DNA from: Eledone cirrhosa
Lineage: Eukaryota
DNA: 64,000 nt
Direction of reading: 5' to 3'
Assembly (NCBI GenBank): GCA_964016885.1
Contig: OZ024756.1
Location: 33,046,001 to 33,110,000 of the forward strand
How positions within the stretch are numbered: the stretch's first letter is position 1; each line of letters begins with the position of its first letter. This document shows positions 1 to 15,422 of the stretch, piece after piece. Made by a program: the position numbers and the translations under genes. The notes beneath the pieces are model-generated. The model was not told the DNA's origin and did no database searches. It saw only the letters and a program-made list of their open reading frames with translations.

Positions 1-41
1 TAAGTATATATATGTATATATATATATATATATATGTATAA

Positions 42-112
<71 letters not shown>

Positions 113-365
113 TATATATATATATGTATAAGTATATATATATATCTATATCTATATATAAATATATATATATATATATTTAAGTATATATATATGTATA
201 AGTATATATATATATATATCTATATCTATATATAAATATAGATATATATATATATAATTAAATATATATATATATATTTAAGTATATATATGTAAGTACG
301 TATATATATATATAAGTATACATATATATATACATATATATATACATATATATACATATATATAC

Positions 366-396
<31 letters not shown>

Positions 397-429
397 CATA
401 CATATATATATATATACATACATATATAT

Positions 430-500
<71 letters not shown>
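1..500. repeat. Long interrupted (TA)n microsatellite with higher-order units (TAAGTATATATATATGTA)
   Basis: Read directly. Representative of dozens of (TA)n, (CA)n and (CT)n tracts, e.g. 890-1050, 26630-26755, 35810-36550, 37645-37885, 40260-40555, 41025-41140, 51300-51435, 58020-58960 and 62790-64000. Confidence 0.97.
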
Positions 501-887
501 AAAATACCTCAATCGTCTTTAAGAATTCAGAATAAACTACAGATATATACAAATATTACAGAAAATATATTACTTCGTTTGTACAATGTTTAACATAGGA
601 ATTAATGTTTGTATTCAGCTAAGTTTGCCTGTAGCCAGCGACGAGTTACAAGAAATACAGACGAGAGTGGAGAAATTAAAGAAAATGAAAGAATATTACA
701 ATAAATTTTAACAAGAAGTTCCGTGAGCAAATACTGAATAACAGATTCAATTCCTTTGTATCTTATTGTGTTTACTATCGCCATGATTCCTAATGTAGAA
801 TGTTTACTATTTAGAATGATGCCAAGGAATAAACAATTCATAGATACACAGACACACATACTTATATGTAAATCCCTTCTGAATTTC

Positions 888-982
<95 letters not shown>

Positions 983-997
983 TTATATATATATATT

Positions 998-1031
<34 letters not shown>

Positions 1032-1170
1032 TATATATACATATATATATATGGAAAGTTATATTTAAATTGTTGGGTTAACAACGAGTAAATATTTATA
1101 ACTGATATAAAAGCACTCAACAAGTATTTGGAGTATATTTATGATATTAAATAAATGGAAACTATATATA

Positions 1171-1238
<68 letters not shown>

Positions 1239-1349
1239 TAGATGTTTATATCATGTTTAATATGGTGAAATTTAATAAATCGTTACTCAGAGTTATTCAC
1301 GAGCATATACATATAAACATACGTATATACACTCACACATTTAAATATA

Positions 1350-1453
<104 letters not shown>

Positions 1454-2192
1454 TGTGTGTGTGACATGATGTTGCCAACCGCCAACCAATGATTCTTTAT
1501 ATTCTCACGGTTCTTTCTCATCTTATGCACTAAGTTTTAATTTCAAGTGGCAATAATTCCGTCTATATTAGCCTCATGGTAAATAAAGGTTTGAAGTTAG
1601 TGTAAACATACGCGTTTGTTTGAACTTACAATATAAAGAAGCGTTTGGTTTGGAGTTTTATTTACTCTATTGCATTTAACTCGGGATAGTGAGGTTTTTG
1701 CAAATATCAATATCAATTTTTATTCGTTTCGCGTTTATAACTCATATAAGCTGTCAAATTATCGGTCGCGCTCCGATAGGTTTGACGTCAAATCTGTAGC
1801 AGTATAGACTTCCTATTTACTACTATCCCGACGTATTTTTCCAATCACTGGAGTGAATACTGTCAGTTACTATGGCCTGCATCTTTAGGGAAGAGATGCT
1901 ATGAAAGTAGTGAATATTATATTTCTCATATTTCTTCTCATTAAACATTTACTCTATGTCACTTATATAGCATGTTATGCACGTTTCTCCAAGCTTCCTC
2001 GAGCTTTACAAACGTAGAAGCTTATCCTCGTTTCATGGCAATTATACATCTCAAACTTCAGATAGATACATATCGTTTGCAAGCCTACTCCCAAAATACG
2101 GCCCTTCTTAATCCTTTTTGGCGAAGGGAACTAGAGCAACAGTGAGTGAGTGGACTTACTTAAGCGCCACACGAACTGGTGTCTATATTACT

Positions 2193-2379
2193 AATTGTTT
2201 CTACTTTTGGCACAAGGCCAGCAATTGTCCAGTGCATTACTGGTACTTTATTTTATCGACCCCGTAAGGATGAAAGGCAAAGTTAACCTCGACGGGATTT
2301 GAACTCAGAACGGCAAGGGCCGTAACTCTATGCGTCAAAGCATGGCGTCCGACCCTCTAGCGATTCTGCCAATCCACCG
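2193..2379 (-). mobile_element. tRNA-derived SINE, main family, near full length
   Basis: Minus strand has a head CGGTGGATTGGCAGAATCG (A-box-like), B box GAGTTCAAATCC, central CCTTTCATCCTTACGGGGTCGATAAAATAAAGTACCAG and tail GGCCTTGTGCCAAAAGTAGAAACAATTA. About 12 copies in the window. Confidence 0.9.
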
Positions 2380-2549
2380 AATAATAAGAGATAAGTATAA
2401 ATGATAGTGGGAAATATAGGATTTTTAACCCCGGAGAAGGATGAATATAATTGAGGCACCTACGAGGATAGAAACCCAACTTTATTGATGTTTTTCAGCC
2501 TTCAGATAACTCCTTTTTAAATTCTTCCAATGATTCCTCAGTCAACAGG

Positions 2550-2586
<37 letters not shown>

Positions 2587-2943
2587 AAACTCCGTTCCTC
2601 TTGCTCTAGTAGGCTTTTATATTTATATGTGAGCTGATAGAGTACAGTCTAAGAATTTACAGAAACCCATGAAGCTAGATTTAACACCTTTCTAGTGGGT
2701 CCGGGTATGATTTTACATTCATTTAAATTATTGATGTATTGTTTTATTGATATTTTTTATCTGTTTATCCCGAATCTTCTATTATCGATTTTTTATCGTA
2801 TGGTTGATTGTAGACTTGTTCTATATGTGACGGTATTTTAACGATAGTTATAGCTCTGATTCATCTGAATTATTGAGCCCTCTGCCGCTCATTTCGAATT
2901 TTGTTTATCGTGAACTCGTGCGCCGATTTTTCGATACTCGATC

Positions 2944-3041
<98 letters not shown>

Positions 3042-4413
3042 ACGTGTGTATGTGTATCTAACTTTCTCCACATATATGTGTGTTGGTGTGTGTATATATA
3101 TATATATAGATGAAAGAAAGAGGGAGAAAGAGAGATATATATTCCGTTTTGCAGCCCCGCTGTTACTTTTATTTAGGCCAGCTGCAATTTTCAAAATTAG
3201 AAAATATAATAAAATGTCGGCTGCACGTGTTTCCATAAAGCGTTTAAATAAACAATCTTTATTGTTTAGTTCCCCTCCCAATTAGTCAATCGATAAATTG
3301 ATTTAATATGTTTTTCATAATTTTTTTTATTTCCATTTTTTATTTATTTTGATAAACATTAGGTGGTTTCTGACTTCTAAGGACAGCTATATGAATGTTT
3401 TCATATTCTATAAAAGCACTACTTTAAATGCTGGTGTCTTATTCGAAGGTGGTAGACTCGCGGTAAATTATTCCTGGTTTGGTGAAAATAGATGTTAAAA
3501 TAAAATCTAGATGGACGAAATAAATATGTTTTTCTTTTAATCTAGTTTAGACAAATGCTTGAAATTGTCAAATGTATGGAAAAATAATGTTTGGCTAGGA
3601 AAGAATATCGGCAATAACTGAATTGCGGTAATTACGGTCATATTAAACATCAGGGAGAACAAATTTCTCTAAGTAAAACAATATATCTTACGGTAACTGA
3701 AAGGAACAACGAGCTTGTTTCGGTCATATTAATTTTCATCTTAGAGAACAGATTTCCCTCTGTAAAACAAACGTACATATGACGTCCTAGGAAAGTAAAA
3801 ATTTGAAAATATAAATTAGAAAGAAAATATATGCTAACAACTAAAAGAAAAAATTATTGGCTGAGGAAAAATAATTATTAATCTCGTCAGAAATTATTTT
3901 CTGTCTAATATGGAAAGATTTTCAGAATTAATTTTATGCATGTTTCATATTTTTACTGAAACCCAAAACGATTTACTGTCAAACTCAAGAATATTTCATT
4001 TTTTTTATTTGCTATAATAATAACATGACCTCTTTAAGACAAGCAATTTTGGTAATATTATTTTAAGATTATAAATGGTTTGACCCGAGAAAAAATATGA
4101 GGTATCATTTGATAAATAAAAAAAAATGGAAAATGTTAGAAAATAGCCACAAAATTCTGATTTTGATAGAAATAAAATTTGCTGCAAAGACAGAAAAGAA
4201 ACGCTCATGTTTTCATAATAAATAAAATAACATATAACAAAAAGCAAATATTCTGCAACTGTCAAAGACGAGGAGACTCCTATATCATCAGAGGGTATTT
4301 AGAATTCTGACGGGAGACGTGTTCAACTTTTCCAACTTTTGAATGTGAGCTCTTGCGTAAAGGATAAAGTATATAAAATATATTTTGTTTTTGTAAAAAT
4401 GAAACATATTGGT

Positions 4414-4459
<46 letters not shown>

Positions 4460-5399
4460 CGTGTGTGTGTGTGTGTGTTTGAGCGTGTGCTTGTGAATGT
4501 GGGTGTATGTTTATATATGTGTACGTAAGTACATGTATATATGAATATATATCTTTATATACATATGTGTGTATTTTTATATACATTTATATACTCGTAT
4601 GTGTGTGTGTGAGTGTGCGTATTTGTATATTTACATGCATGTATGTATGTATATATATATAATCTCCAGTGATTAGATTGTCAGAGGAAAATATGATATT
4701 GTTGGTATCCATGGTCTACATCTATGACATTCTCGACTAAAATCTTCGCATCTAACTACTTGACAAAATCTTAGTCTCGAGATTGTCTTTACCTGCTAAA
4801 TATAGCAGGCACATCCCCCTCAAATCAATCTACAGTCTTAACTATAGGAGCGTAGCTACTTAATTATCTCCTTCATATAGCAGGTTGTGTGGTGGGAGAG
4901 CTACTCTCTTCTCTTCTCTGTTAGAATAGCTTTTACGATCTTCCTATCAGATCAAGCCAATTTATCCTCGTTTGTCCCCCATAGACTTCAACTACGTATT
5001 GAAAACTCTGCCTATATAATAGCAAATACTATTTATTTTATCTCAGATTCTTCAAACTAAATGAGGTGAATCTCCTTCCAGTGCGATTTAACCTTAGCTA
5101 CTTAAAGGTCAATATTAGCTACACTAAATTAATGAAATCTGACGTTTCTAATATCTGCTAAAGTGATGTCCATTAATTCTGAAATGGAGTGGGTTCTTTA
5201 ACCCTTTAGCATCCCAAATGTGTCAAATAGAAAAGAAATAAGGGAACAAAGCACAAGGGCTTAGCCATTGGAGATGAAATTATAGAAAGGAGAGAAATAG
5301 CAAAACAGAGGAGAATGATAAGGACGATATCCTAATGTGCTGTCAAATAAGAAGGTGGCGACTGCGGGGTAGAACAGGTTATACGAATATATGTATATG

Positions 5400-5444
<45 letters not shown>

Positions 5445-5448
<4 letters not shown>

Positions 5449-5720
5449 GTTGAGTAATTGTTGGTTGTTTACAGACACCTAGTATGCAGGTTGGAGCACT
5501 CAACGAAGTGCGCAGGTTGGTTTGTTTACCCCGGAGTAAATATGCTTCCAGTTTCTTACACGACTAACAACACACCCAGGTGCTGGGCATATCAAAGAAT
5601 TAACACGGTAAAATCCATTGCAACATATGTTTTCTGTTTAATTTCGTACTGCCTGATGAGGTCATATATAGCAGCGAATGTGAATAAACGAAGCCACTTT
5701 TACCCTGTTGACTTACGCTT

Positions 5721-5754
<34 letters not shown>

Positions 5755-6075
5755 TATATATAAATATATTCGTTTTCTAGTCTCTCTCTCTCTATATATA
5801 TATAGGAAGTGTAAGTCAACAAGGTAAAATTGGCTTCGTTTATTCACATTCGCTGCTGTATACGACCTCATCAGGCAGTACGAATTTAAACAGAACACAT
5901 GATGTTGTAATGGATTTCACCGTGTTAATTCTTTGATATGCCCAGCACCTGGGTGTGTCCTGTAAGGAACTGGAAGAATATTTACTCTGGGGAAAACCAA
6001 CCAAGCTGCGCACTTTGTTGAGTGCTCCAACCGGCATACTGAGATATCTGTAAACAGTCAACAATTACTCAAAAT
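5445..6075. mobile_element. Inverted pair of a ~280-bp repeat around a (TA)n/(CT)n spacer
   Basis: 5445-5722 and 5804-6075 are diverged reverse complements. Both contain TACTGCCTGATGAGGTC, and the outer flanks are (TA)n. Confidence 0.8.
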
Positions 6076-6408
6076 GTTATATATATATATATATATGAGG
6101 GAGTAAACTCTGTGAGTGAACATCGTTAATTTTCTCCCTCATATCAAGGATTTGAAGACAATTCATTTTCACCTGACGAGATCAGTGATAATCGATCATG
6201 GTTTCATGTTCGATCTATCTCTTATTGAAACATGTGTCATGATTAAAAATGACTGGAAATGTATACCATGCCTTCGGATCTTTATTTTGATACAAATATT
6301 CCGTTTTAACTCATCTAGCTGTTCCCATAAATGGAATTGGAGATATACAAAATATTGCTAACAAAAATGTATTGGACCGTATGACACAGCCAATACTACA
6401 CTACACCT

Positions 6409-6455
<47 letters not shown>

Positions 6456-7501
6456 GTGTGTGTTTATAGGTGTATGTTTATATGTACCAAAAGTATATAC
6501 CAAGGGCTCAGAACATACTTTTTGTAATTGATCTTGTTTTGGGGAACAAAATCCAAATCAACCCAATATTATTTTACCCGTATAAATTTTAAAAAAAGTG
6601 AAGCTAGGATGATTTAATCCTACCAATTCCTAAGCAGACAGTATGGCTACAGTGGAAATGCGTTTCATTATTTGTCTGCAAAACAAGGGTTAACTTAGTG
6701 CTGGGTAAATTAGAACATCAACATGCAATTAAATTTATATTGAATGAAGTGTGTTTCCTATTTATGCAAGCTATCACATGAGAAATAGAGATTCATAATC
6801 CAAGGTTATTATTAATTAAAGATGATACGAAACAATTTGTCGAAGAATGTTCATTCGTTATTGTTACCTGCAAAGCTATAAACATGAGATCAGTAGTTCA
6901 TAACAAATATATCTTGAAACAGGAATGATTAAATTTCCTGTTTATGGTTAATATTTTGCGCTTTTCTTCTTTCATTGTTGCTTTCTAGATCGGCTCTGTT
7001 TACAAATCTGCGAAGTCACAACTTGCAACTAGCTTTCGCTTGCTTTCATTTGGATTTTGATGTTGTAATTAGAATTTCCGTCTTTATTTATATATATATT
7101 TTTAATTTTGGTATATTGATTTTTATAAATAGTGTTCTGTATGGCAATCTAATTCCTGTGTTTTGAACTCCTAACAATGTAGTAATGACATCAAAGACGA
7201 ACGTATTTTTATTTCCAGTTTCAAATAATTATTTTCAAACTCAAGACACTAAACCAGATTATTACTAAAATCAATAATTAAATATTAACACTGTCTGATA
7301 TTATGAATTCTCAAAGATACAGTCATGTATACACGCACACATACCATTTATGTATACATGTAAACATATAGGTGTCTATACACGGTTATTTAATATAACG
7401 TTGGGCTGATTCGATTTATCTTTCCCACAGCATGTTCAATTACGTAGAGATTATTTATGCTATTGAGAATGATTTCTTAAGCGCAGCGACACATATATAA
7501 C

Positions 7502-7532
<31 letters not shown>

Positions 7533-7570
7533 GCACACAAACACACATATAAATGTGTATAAGTATAAGT

Positions 7571-7630
<60 letters not shown>

Positions 7631-7870
7631 TAACATATGTCTATAGAATCACCAGATAAAATATATACCGTTTCCTCTCCCAATTAGCATAATTAACCAT
7701 ATAAAAAATCAATTAGACCAAGCTATAAGAATAAAGGCTCCTATGAAGAAATCTCTGACAAATAACCGAAAGCAGCCCCTTCGCGGCGGTTACGACGGAT
7801 TATTTATCGAATATTTCTACACCATGTACAAATCGACCAGATATACAGTCAACTAAACAGAATATATATA

Positions 7871-7950
7871 TAATTGTTTCTACTTTTGACACAAGGCCAG
7901 CAATTACGGAATACATTACTGATACTTTGTTTTCTCGACTCCAAGGTCGA
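7871..7950 (-). mobile_element. SINE 3' fragment, main family
   Basis: TAATTGTTTCTACTTTTGACACAAGGCCAGCAAT matches the family tail. Confidence 0.8.
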
Positions 7951-8466
7951 ATGGTTACTCCTTCATTACGTTTATTAGTTGATAGCGCTCTTTTCGCTAC
8001 TGATCACCTCAAGGTTCGATCATATGAATGATGAGTTCTCACGCCGATTTCTTTCTACGTATGGGTATCCCAACAACTCTCAAACAAAATCAACATATAT
8101 ATATATATGCATATCACTAAATGTATATGCTGGCCTTGTGTCTATAGTAGAAATCCTTATTACATACATATGCAACTTTTTCATATCTTTGGTCACAACT
8201 TCCATATTTAAACATTCTTATTTTAATTTTAAGGTTTCGTTATATTAACTCTATTATATCCATATGTAATCTGTTGATTTGGAATCGGGTGATGTGTCTG
8301 AAATATCTGTGAATCCCACGAACTGCCATTAAGCACAGCCGAATAACTGATTTAATATCTATAGAGACTAATTCATATATGGTGTAGCGGTCACATCCGA
8401 TAATCCGACTATTGTTAGCAATAAAATACAAGGACGTTTTGCTACTGTTCGTGAAATAGTGAAAAA

Positions 8467-8507
8467 CATTAACAACCTGTATATATTTTATTTTATTACA
8501 GGTAAGT
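8467..8507 (+). other. Candidate recursive splice site (acceptor CAG abutting donor GTAAGT)
   Basis: CATTAAC...TATTTTATTTTATTACAG|GTAAGT, junction at 8501/8502. Confidence 0.5.
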
Positions 8508-11319
8508 GTAACTAATGAAAGTTTATAACAATCACAAAAGATTTATATAAATTGGCCTTGAATTAGATCCTTAAATATAGAGGTGTTTTAAGTCTGATAC
8601 ACTTGCGCTCTATTCCGATTCATCCTGATATAAGACAAATGAAATATGGCTTTATATAGTGATTGTTAGATTACTTATGATTGATTGAGATTTGTGACAT
8701 CAGCTGAAAAGAAACAGTGTTTTTTTAACGTAGCGACATGTCCTGAAACTTAATGGGAGATAAAATGTGACTGACTCTGGGATGATCAATGACATATATG
8801 CCCTAGGAGGGATTTGAACTGAAAATATAACAAGCCGAACGGAATAGATATCACAAAGCAATGTGTATGATGCCCATGTGATTCTGCCAAGTACACTTCA
8901 TTTTTTAACAGAAATAACACGAGGTAAGATTAAACACACGTCATTAGACACAGTTGAACTATTGATCCAATAGCTGTATATTATATTAAACTTATAGTAG
9001 GCTTCATCTAGGATTCTTGTTATTGTATTCAATATTGCATAACATATTAAATTCAGCAATTATTTGTGAAATACGTTATGGGAAAACATCATACATTCAG
9101 GTAATTACTATTTTAAAACTGATATCGTATACTCTGCACGCTATAACAATTTTCCTCCCAAATACATTTAATTAAATATCCAATTCATCATTTTTCTTTA
9201 AATTAATTTAATGAGCTTTATAACAATTAATAATAGAATATTTAGTGATACTTCCATTAAGGGCATATCGTATTTGACAAGAGATTTCCAGAAATTGAAA
9301 TTGAAGTGAATTAAGTGGTCATAATTTATCTCTAAATAAAATATGTTCAATAAATGAAGGAAAAGTTAAAATATAATGAAACTTTCTGTGATAGGGTATA
9401 GAAATATAGAAAATAAAAATACAAAATTCAAGGCAATTAAATGAATAAATATCAATATAAAAAGAATAATAATAATAATAATAATAACGAAAAATATGTT
9501 TTCTGACATTCATGCCATTTTCATATTAATTAAGGAAATAAATAAATGAAAATTAGTTGAAGCAGAGAAGGAAAGTTCCTGCTAGGAATATTCATATTAT
9601 GGTTGGAATACCAAGCATTTATTGTGTGTATTATTTGTGAACCTGTTAAAGAAGAAGATAACTCTGAAATAATACACTTATGATCAAATAAACACATTAG
9701 GTACATTTGAAATTTGAAATAAATAATGGTTGAATATGTCTGGTAAACTATTTTCGGAGGTGGTAAAGGTTAGGTTAGACTGAACCACCCGTGGGAAATA
9801 AATGGCGGTTCATTAGGTTGGCTCATTATTTAGTCCGTTGGAACGTTTTTAGACTCAGACGTAAGTTAAAATATTCATGGTGCGGCCCTCGTGATCCATT
9901 AGCACGTTAGTGTATAACGGAATTTACATTCACCCTGCCATGAAACATTTAGTAAGATATATATATTTATATTTATATATCCTACTAAATGGATATATAT
10001 ATATATGGGGTTTTTTTTTCGCTGTTTTCTCTTTTCTTCCCTTTTCCCTTATATTTTCCTTCCCTCCCTCCTCCATTTTTCAAATAACTTACCCAGTTAT
10101 TGAACGCTCTGGGCGGTAGATATCTTGTATTTAAAGCGTGGAGATATCCGAGTTCCCCAGTAGACAACTGATGAGGAACCCCGTCCCCCGTTCTTGCTTT
10201 CTTCTTATTCTCACTCTATTTTAAGCTACCTTAACTAGCAACTACACAGCCAATCCTAATCTCCATATATATATATATTTCTTTATATATTGACTACAAC
10301 AATAGGACATTACTACCTGTTAATTAGATTATGGTAAAGTTATAAGCGATTTATTTCCGGGTTCTTTTACCAATTTGTGACATGCACAAATCTGATTATA
10401 GATATCATTCAATCTAAACAATCTTCTAATAATGATTCAAAGTGTTGTCGTACATTCATGATACTCTATTTGTATCAAGAAAATACCCAAGAAATATAAA
10501 ATATATTTCTATAATCATTAACCAATATTTTAGGATCAATATCAATTACATGTATAAAGAATAGCAGGTGTGAAATATGGATTGCAGTGTATGGAGCCTT
10601 TATGTTCAGCTAATTTTAAATCTTAATATTATTTAATAAAGAAATAAAGAGACACGTTTTCTTTTCTTTGTGTTTATATATTTTATCAGATGTGAAATAG
10701 AGAAATTGTGTTTAAAGGATTTGATATTCAATAGTAATAGGATATCTTACATTTAAGATTTATTTTCCGGAAGCAATGTTAATCAATTCCGACATATTAA
10801 TTGCTTCTCTGGAAACATGTCACGAGAATATGTTACAGATCTATTTCATTATGGAAAAACAGCAGGATACCGTGAATGTGTAGACAATTTCAATATCAAT
10901 GAAGATAACAATCCCTATAGATATCATGAACTAACTGATATTGTAACTATTGCAAATCTGGTCGATCTACTGTAAAATGAAATGTAACATAAAATTAAGA
11001 GTTTAGAGATATTGATAAGAAATGAGAATGAAAAAATAATGTATTTAATGGTGGATTCACTTTTTAATCTGATTCTCTAAAGATAATTCTTTCTTTGAAA
11101 TTAAATACTCCACGGGTAAATGTAATTTCATACGCACCCCATTGAAAGACGGTGTAATGGCAGTGTGAATGTGTTTCATTATATATCTGCCTGATTGTCG
11201 TTGATCTAGAATTAAGCGGCACACAAAAATCCCATATATTATAATATCATGAATAACAATATAATATAAGGTTTTAGTGAGAATGGTAAGGCGGCAATGC
11301 GTATGTTTCGTACATGTTT

Positions 11320-11485
11320 TGTTTTTCTCTAAGAAGTAAAGAAGAACGTTTCGCAATCATGAGTTTCTGGGTTTGATCCCCTTGTGTTGCATTTGGGCAA
11401 GTAAGTGTCTTTATAGGAGCCGTAGTTAGGTCGAAACGGTGTTAGCGAAATTGGGTAGACAGAAACTGCAGAGGATGCTGTCGAA
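11320..11485 (+). mobile_element. Degenerate copy of a second tRNA-derived (CORE-like) SINE family
   Basis: GGGTTTGATCCC (B-box-like), TTTGGGCAAGT, TTGGGTAGACAGAAACTG. Related relics near 14150-14290 (-), 19620-19730 (-), 52940-53070 (-) and 59590-59700 (+). Confidence 0.55.
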
Positions 11486-12753
11486 TGAATTGTATATAAT
11501 GCAGATATCTATACAAGGCGCATTTTGTGTCACGTTGTCTCTGTTTGGTAACATTGTCTCTGCGTTAATGGCTCACGTGTCCGGGGAACACACAATAATT
11601 TAAACTATTATACACACTGACGTGCCAGTAATTCAAAGGAATGTTACATATCTTCTCAACCACATGTAGCTTTCAAGTTACTTTGATTGTACACCTATCT
11701 GTGGACAACTCAACCATTTATGCTATGATAAATAATGGATTGTACCAGTAATTCAAAAGTCCAGCTTTGTCACATCTTGTTTCATTCACCACTTACACGC
11801 AGATTGACAGAACAACTGAAGGCTTATCATTCAAACCGATGGAGGATCCTTCCACATAATGTAGATCAATGAAGAAAGATATATTTTATAAAGACAAGGC
11901 TATTACTAACTGATTTCGGAATGTTGATCATATTATAGTTGTATTTATATTCACATTGAATTCAATTGATTTTCTATAAACATTTCTCGCTGTGGCAAAT
12001 GGCTACACAGATCAGCCAATCAGGCGACTAAATAGATTTAGATTCACAATAGTAATGGAGCTACAAGTAGAATTCAGATGGAAAGTAATGCAAATTATTT
12101 CTACACTAAAGCTTTAATGTTATGTTAATATTATTAACTGTTTCGTCATATGAATACTAATGTTGTTGTTATCATTATCATTATTATCATTATTATTGTT
12201 TTTTTTCATTATTATTATTTATAACACTTTCCTTTCCATTTTAGTAATATGCACATTAATCCACGAGATGCCATCATTTGTTATATCAATAATGATAGTG
12301 ATTTTCATGTTAATGTAAAACAAACATAAAGATTTTATTTTACACTAATGTCTTATAAATCTCATACAAAATGTATATAACACGTTATTTGTTACGATTC
12401 ACTGCGTTCTGATCTGCGATGCCACTGAGGTCAACTTTATTTTCAATCTTTCTATGTCAATAACGTATCAGTCTTATTCTAGGTATAATGTCCCCTACTC
12501 TTTCTGAAAGAAACCGGCTCTTTTGACAAGTAGAGTGTCGACTCAGCCATATTTAAAGTCCTTAAAGCACGACATATACTTGGATGATGATTTTGGTGAG
12601 TCATGTTAGAGCTGGCAACATCTGATTTAGAAGAGCGTATTTTTAATTTCAACATATTGGTTTACATTTGTAATTTGCAGGGTGGTTTGATAAAATAGTT
12701 TACTTCACGTTTCAATACTGTACACTATTTGATATATTGGGTATCTTTCTCTA

Positions 12754-12869
<116 letters not shown>

Positions 12870-13254
12870 GCAAGTGTGTTACTTTGTGCGGATGCGTGTA
12901 TATGTACGTTTGCGCAGGATCATAGGATCATTCTAGGAAAAGGGGAACTTTGAAGTAAAACGTACGACTGGTTGGCAACCAATGATGTTGACCTATTCTA
13001 CTTTTTAGTTAATAGTCACCCTTCTTAATCACTCAGTTAATATCATTCAGTCGAGTGGAAAGCTTTTCTTTACTTAAAGAGGTTTAAATCTCTAGTATGC
13101 TGATCTTTCACATAGTATGCATGAGCATGACTGGCCATAGCCTAAACAATTTCATTAATCTTGCTACCCAGCTGAGGTAGGGGGATCAAGTAATGGCAAT
13201 TCTCAACATCGAAATGCGATCATGCTGTATATAATGTGTCAAGAATTATGTAAG

Positions 13255-13288
<34 letters not shown>

Positions 13289-14407
13289 TGCGCTTGTGCG
13301 TGTGAGTTTGTGTGCATACGTTTTTTGTGGTGCACCTGTATGATTAAATAGTTTGTGGTTAGCTCTTAGTCCAGATTCAATTTGTCAAGTCATAACAAAA
13401 AATGTGAAGGGAAAGCATGGAACAATCTTAAATAAATATAATATCCAATTTAGCTTTCAGTATTCTTATAATGGTTAAATAGAAATATAAATTGCCAATT
13501 CTCTTGTAGACTTACAATCTTTGATTCAGAAGTATTTCAGTAATAGTTATTGGAATATTTCAAAATCTCTTTCGATGTATACTCGTATCTGTATTATCGA
13601 AAACCTAATTTATACAGTCATGTAAACTTGGAAAACACTCTGATATTGAATCTCATATAACGTATAATTGATTGTTGTTTAGCACCAAGACGGGCTTCAT
13701 CGAGCAGACATGATCTGATAAATACCCTCATAACCACAACCTTGCCGCCTCGGATTCTTGTAGTCGTATCATGAATGAGTGAATAGTACACATATCGTCG
13801 AAAGTGAAGTAGGCCCATTTAATTTCATTATGCTTATGTATTTATTCGTATTCACATGATTGTATTTAGCCAGATGTTTATTAGTTTCTGCCAGTTTAAT
13901 TAACACCATACGGTTTTAATATCGATTGTAATTTAATATAATTTTGTATGGGTCTATATGGCACAAAATACCGCTGGGATCTATACAAGAAATGCAATTT
14001 CAAACATCAGAGTTCATTTAATCAATATAGGCAATTATTGGATTGTACCAATCTTAATATCAACTAAATATTAATATGCTTTTAGAACAATGAAGTAAAG
14101 GTGTGCAGTTTAATGTTTGGGTTAATTGAATGACAGGTACATCTCACGTTTTGCCAGACGATTGGGTTGAATCAACGTGAAAATAATTTGTCTTCTTCAA
14201 AGTCACAAGGTGCCACCAGGAATCTACTAAGAATCTTCTAATAGTGAGCCGAATTCCCTAACAACTGATCTACGTGCCTTAGCGCATGGTAGATAGATCA
14301 AGAAAATCCCCTCCGATATCATATGTACTGTACCGTAATTATACAGTATGACATATTCTCAGAAGTGATTTCTTATTGCTTGTTACGGGGGAATATCATG
14401 ATGATAA

Positions 14408-14528
14408 TAATTGATTCTACTATATGTACAAGGCCAGCAATTTTGGAGAAGGGGACAGTCAATTAAATCGACCCCTGTGTATAACTGGTGCTTTATTTTA
14501 TTGAACCTGTAAGGATGAAAGGCAAAGC
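14408..14528 (-). mobile_element. SINE fragment, long-spacer variant
   Basis: ACAAGGCCAGCAATTTTGGAGAAGGGG...AAGGATGAAAGGCAAAG. Confidence 0.8.
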
Positions 14529-14849
14529 TAGATATGAAATTTCACGTGTGTATTGATAACAACATCACAACCATTATTCACATTCGAGTAAGAATTGGTA
14601 GAATGTACCATACCACACTTGCTAACTGATTTAGGTGATAATGCAGTAGCAAATATAATCACAGACACACTCTCAACCCTGGTTCATTTGATACAACAGA
14701 ATATCCAAGCTATGATAGCTAGAAGGAGAACGGGCTGCACCTGTATTTGGGTGGTATCATCTTTATAGACCCCGATAAAAATGGAAAGAAAGTGAACCGC
14801 GGTGGGATTTCAACTCTATCTATTTATCTCCTTCTGTCATTCTCTCTCT

Positions 14850-14909
<60 letters not shown>

Positions 14910-15041
14910 TCTCTCTCTCTATCTCTCTCTCTGTATATATATATATATATATATAATAACAAATACCAGGTAAATACCAGGTGGATCTAGCTATCGAAAC
15001 GGCGGCAGTTCAGCCGCCGGGGTCCTGACTCTTTTCCTATA

Positions 15042-15073
<32 letters not shown>

Positions 15074-15146
15074 GCGCTTGCCAGCATGACTCGGAATCTG
15101 CGTTGCGTTTCCCTTTTTCTACCCGCCGAAATGCGATTCTCGCTGA

Positions 15147-15201
<55 letters not shown>

Positions 15202-15203
<2 letters not shown>

Positions 15204-15422
15204 TATTAAAATAACAGATTAAAGTTTAAGCAAAGAATCGCTGCTTTCACCCTTAACGGGATCTTCTGAGTTTCAGAAGATCCCGTTAAGGGTGAAAGCA
15301 GCGATTCTTTGCTTAAACTTTAATCTGTTATTTTAATAAATATTTGCTCTACGGTTCTTATATATTTTATATATATTTTCCTTATCGAGCCCTCTTTGGA
15401 TTTTAGTCTTCAATTTTATTAT

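Noticed and set aside
3635-3770. Degenerate ~86-bp tandem duplication (CGGTCATATTAA...GTAAAACAA twice)
   Set aside because: An old local duplication with no further structure to support a function.
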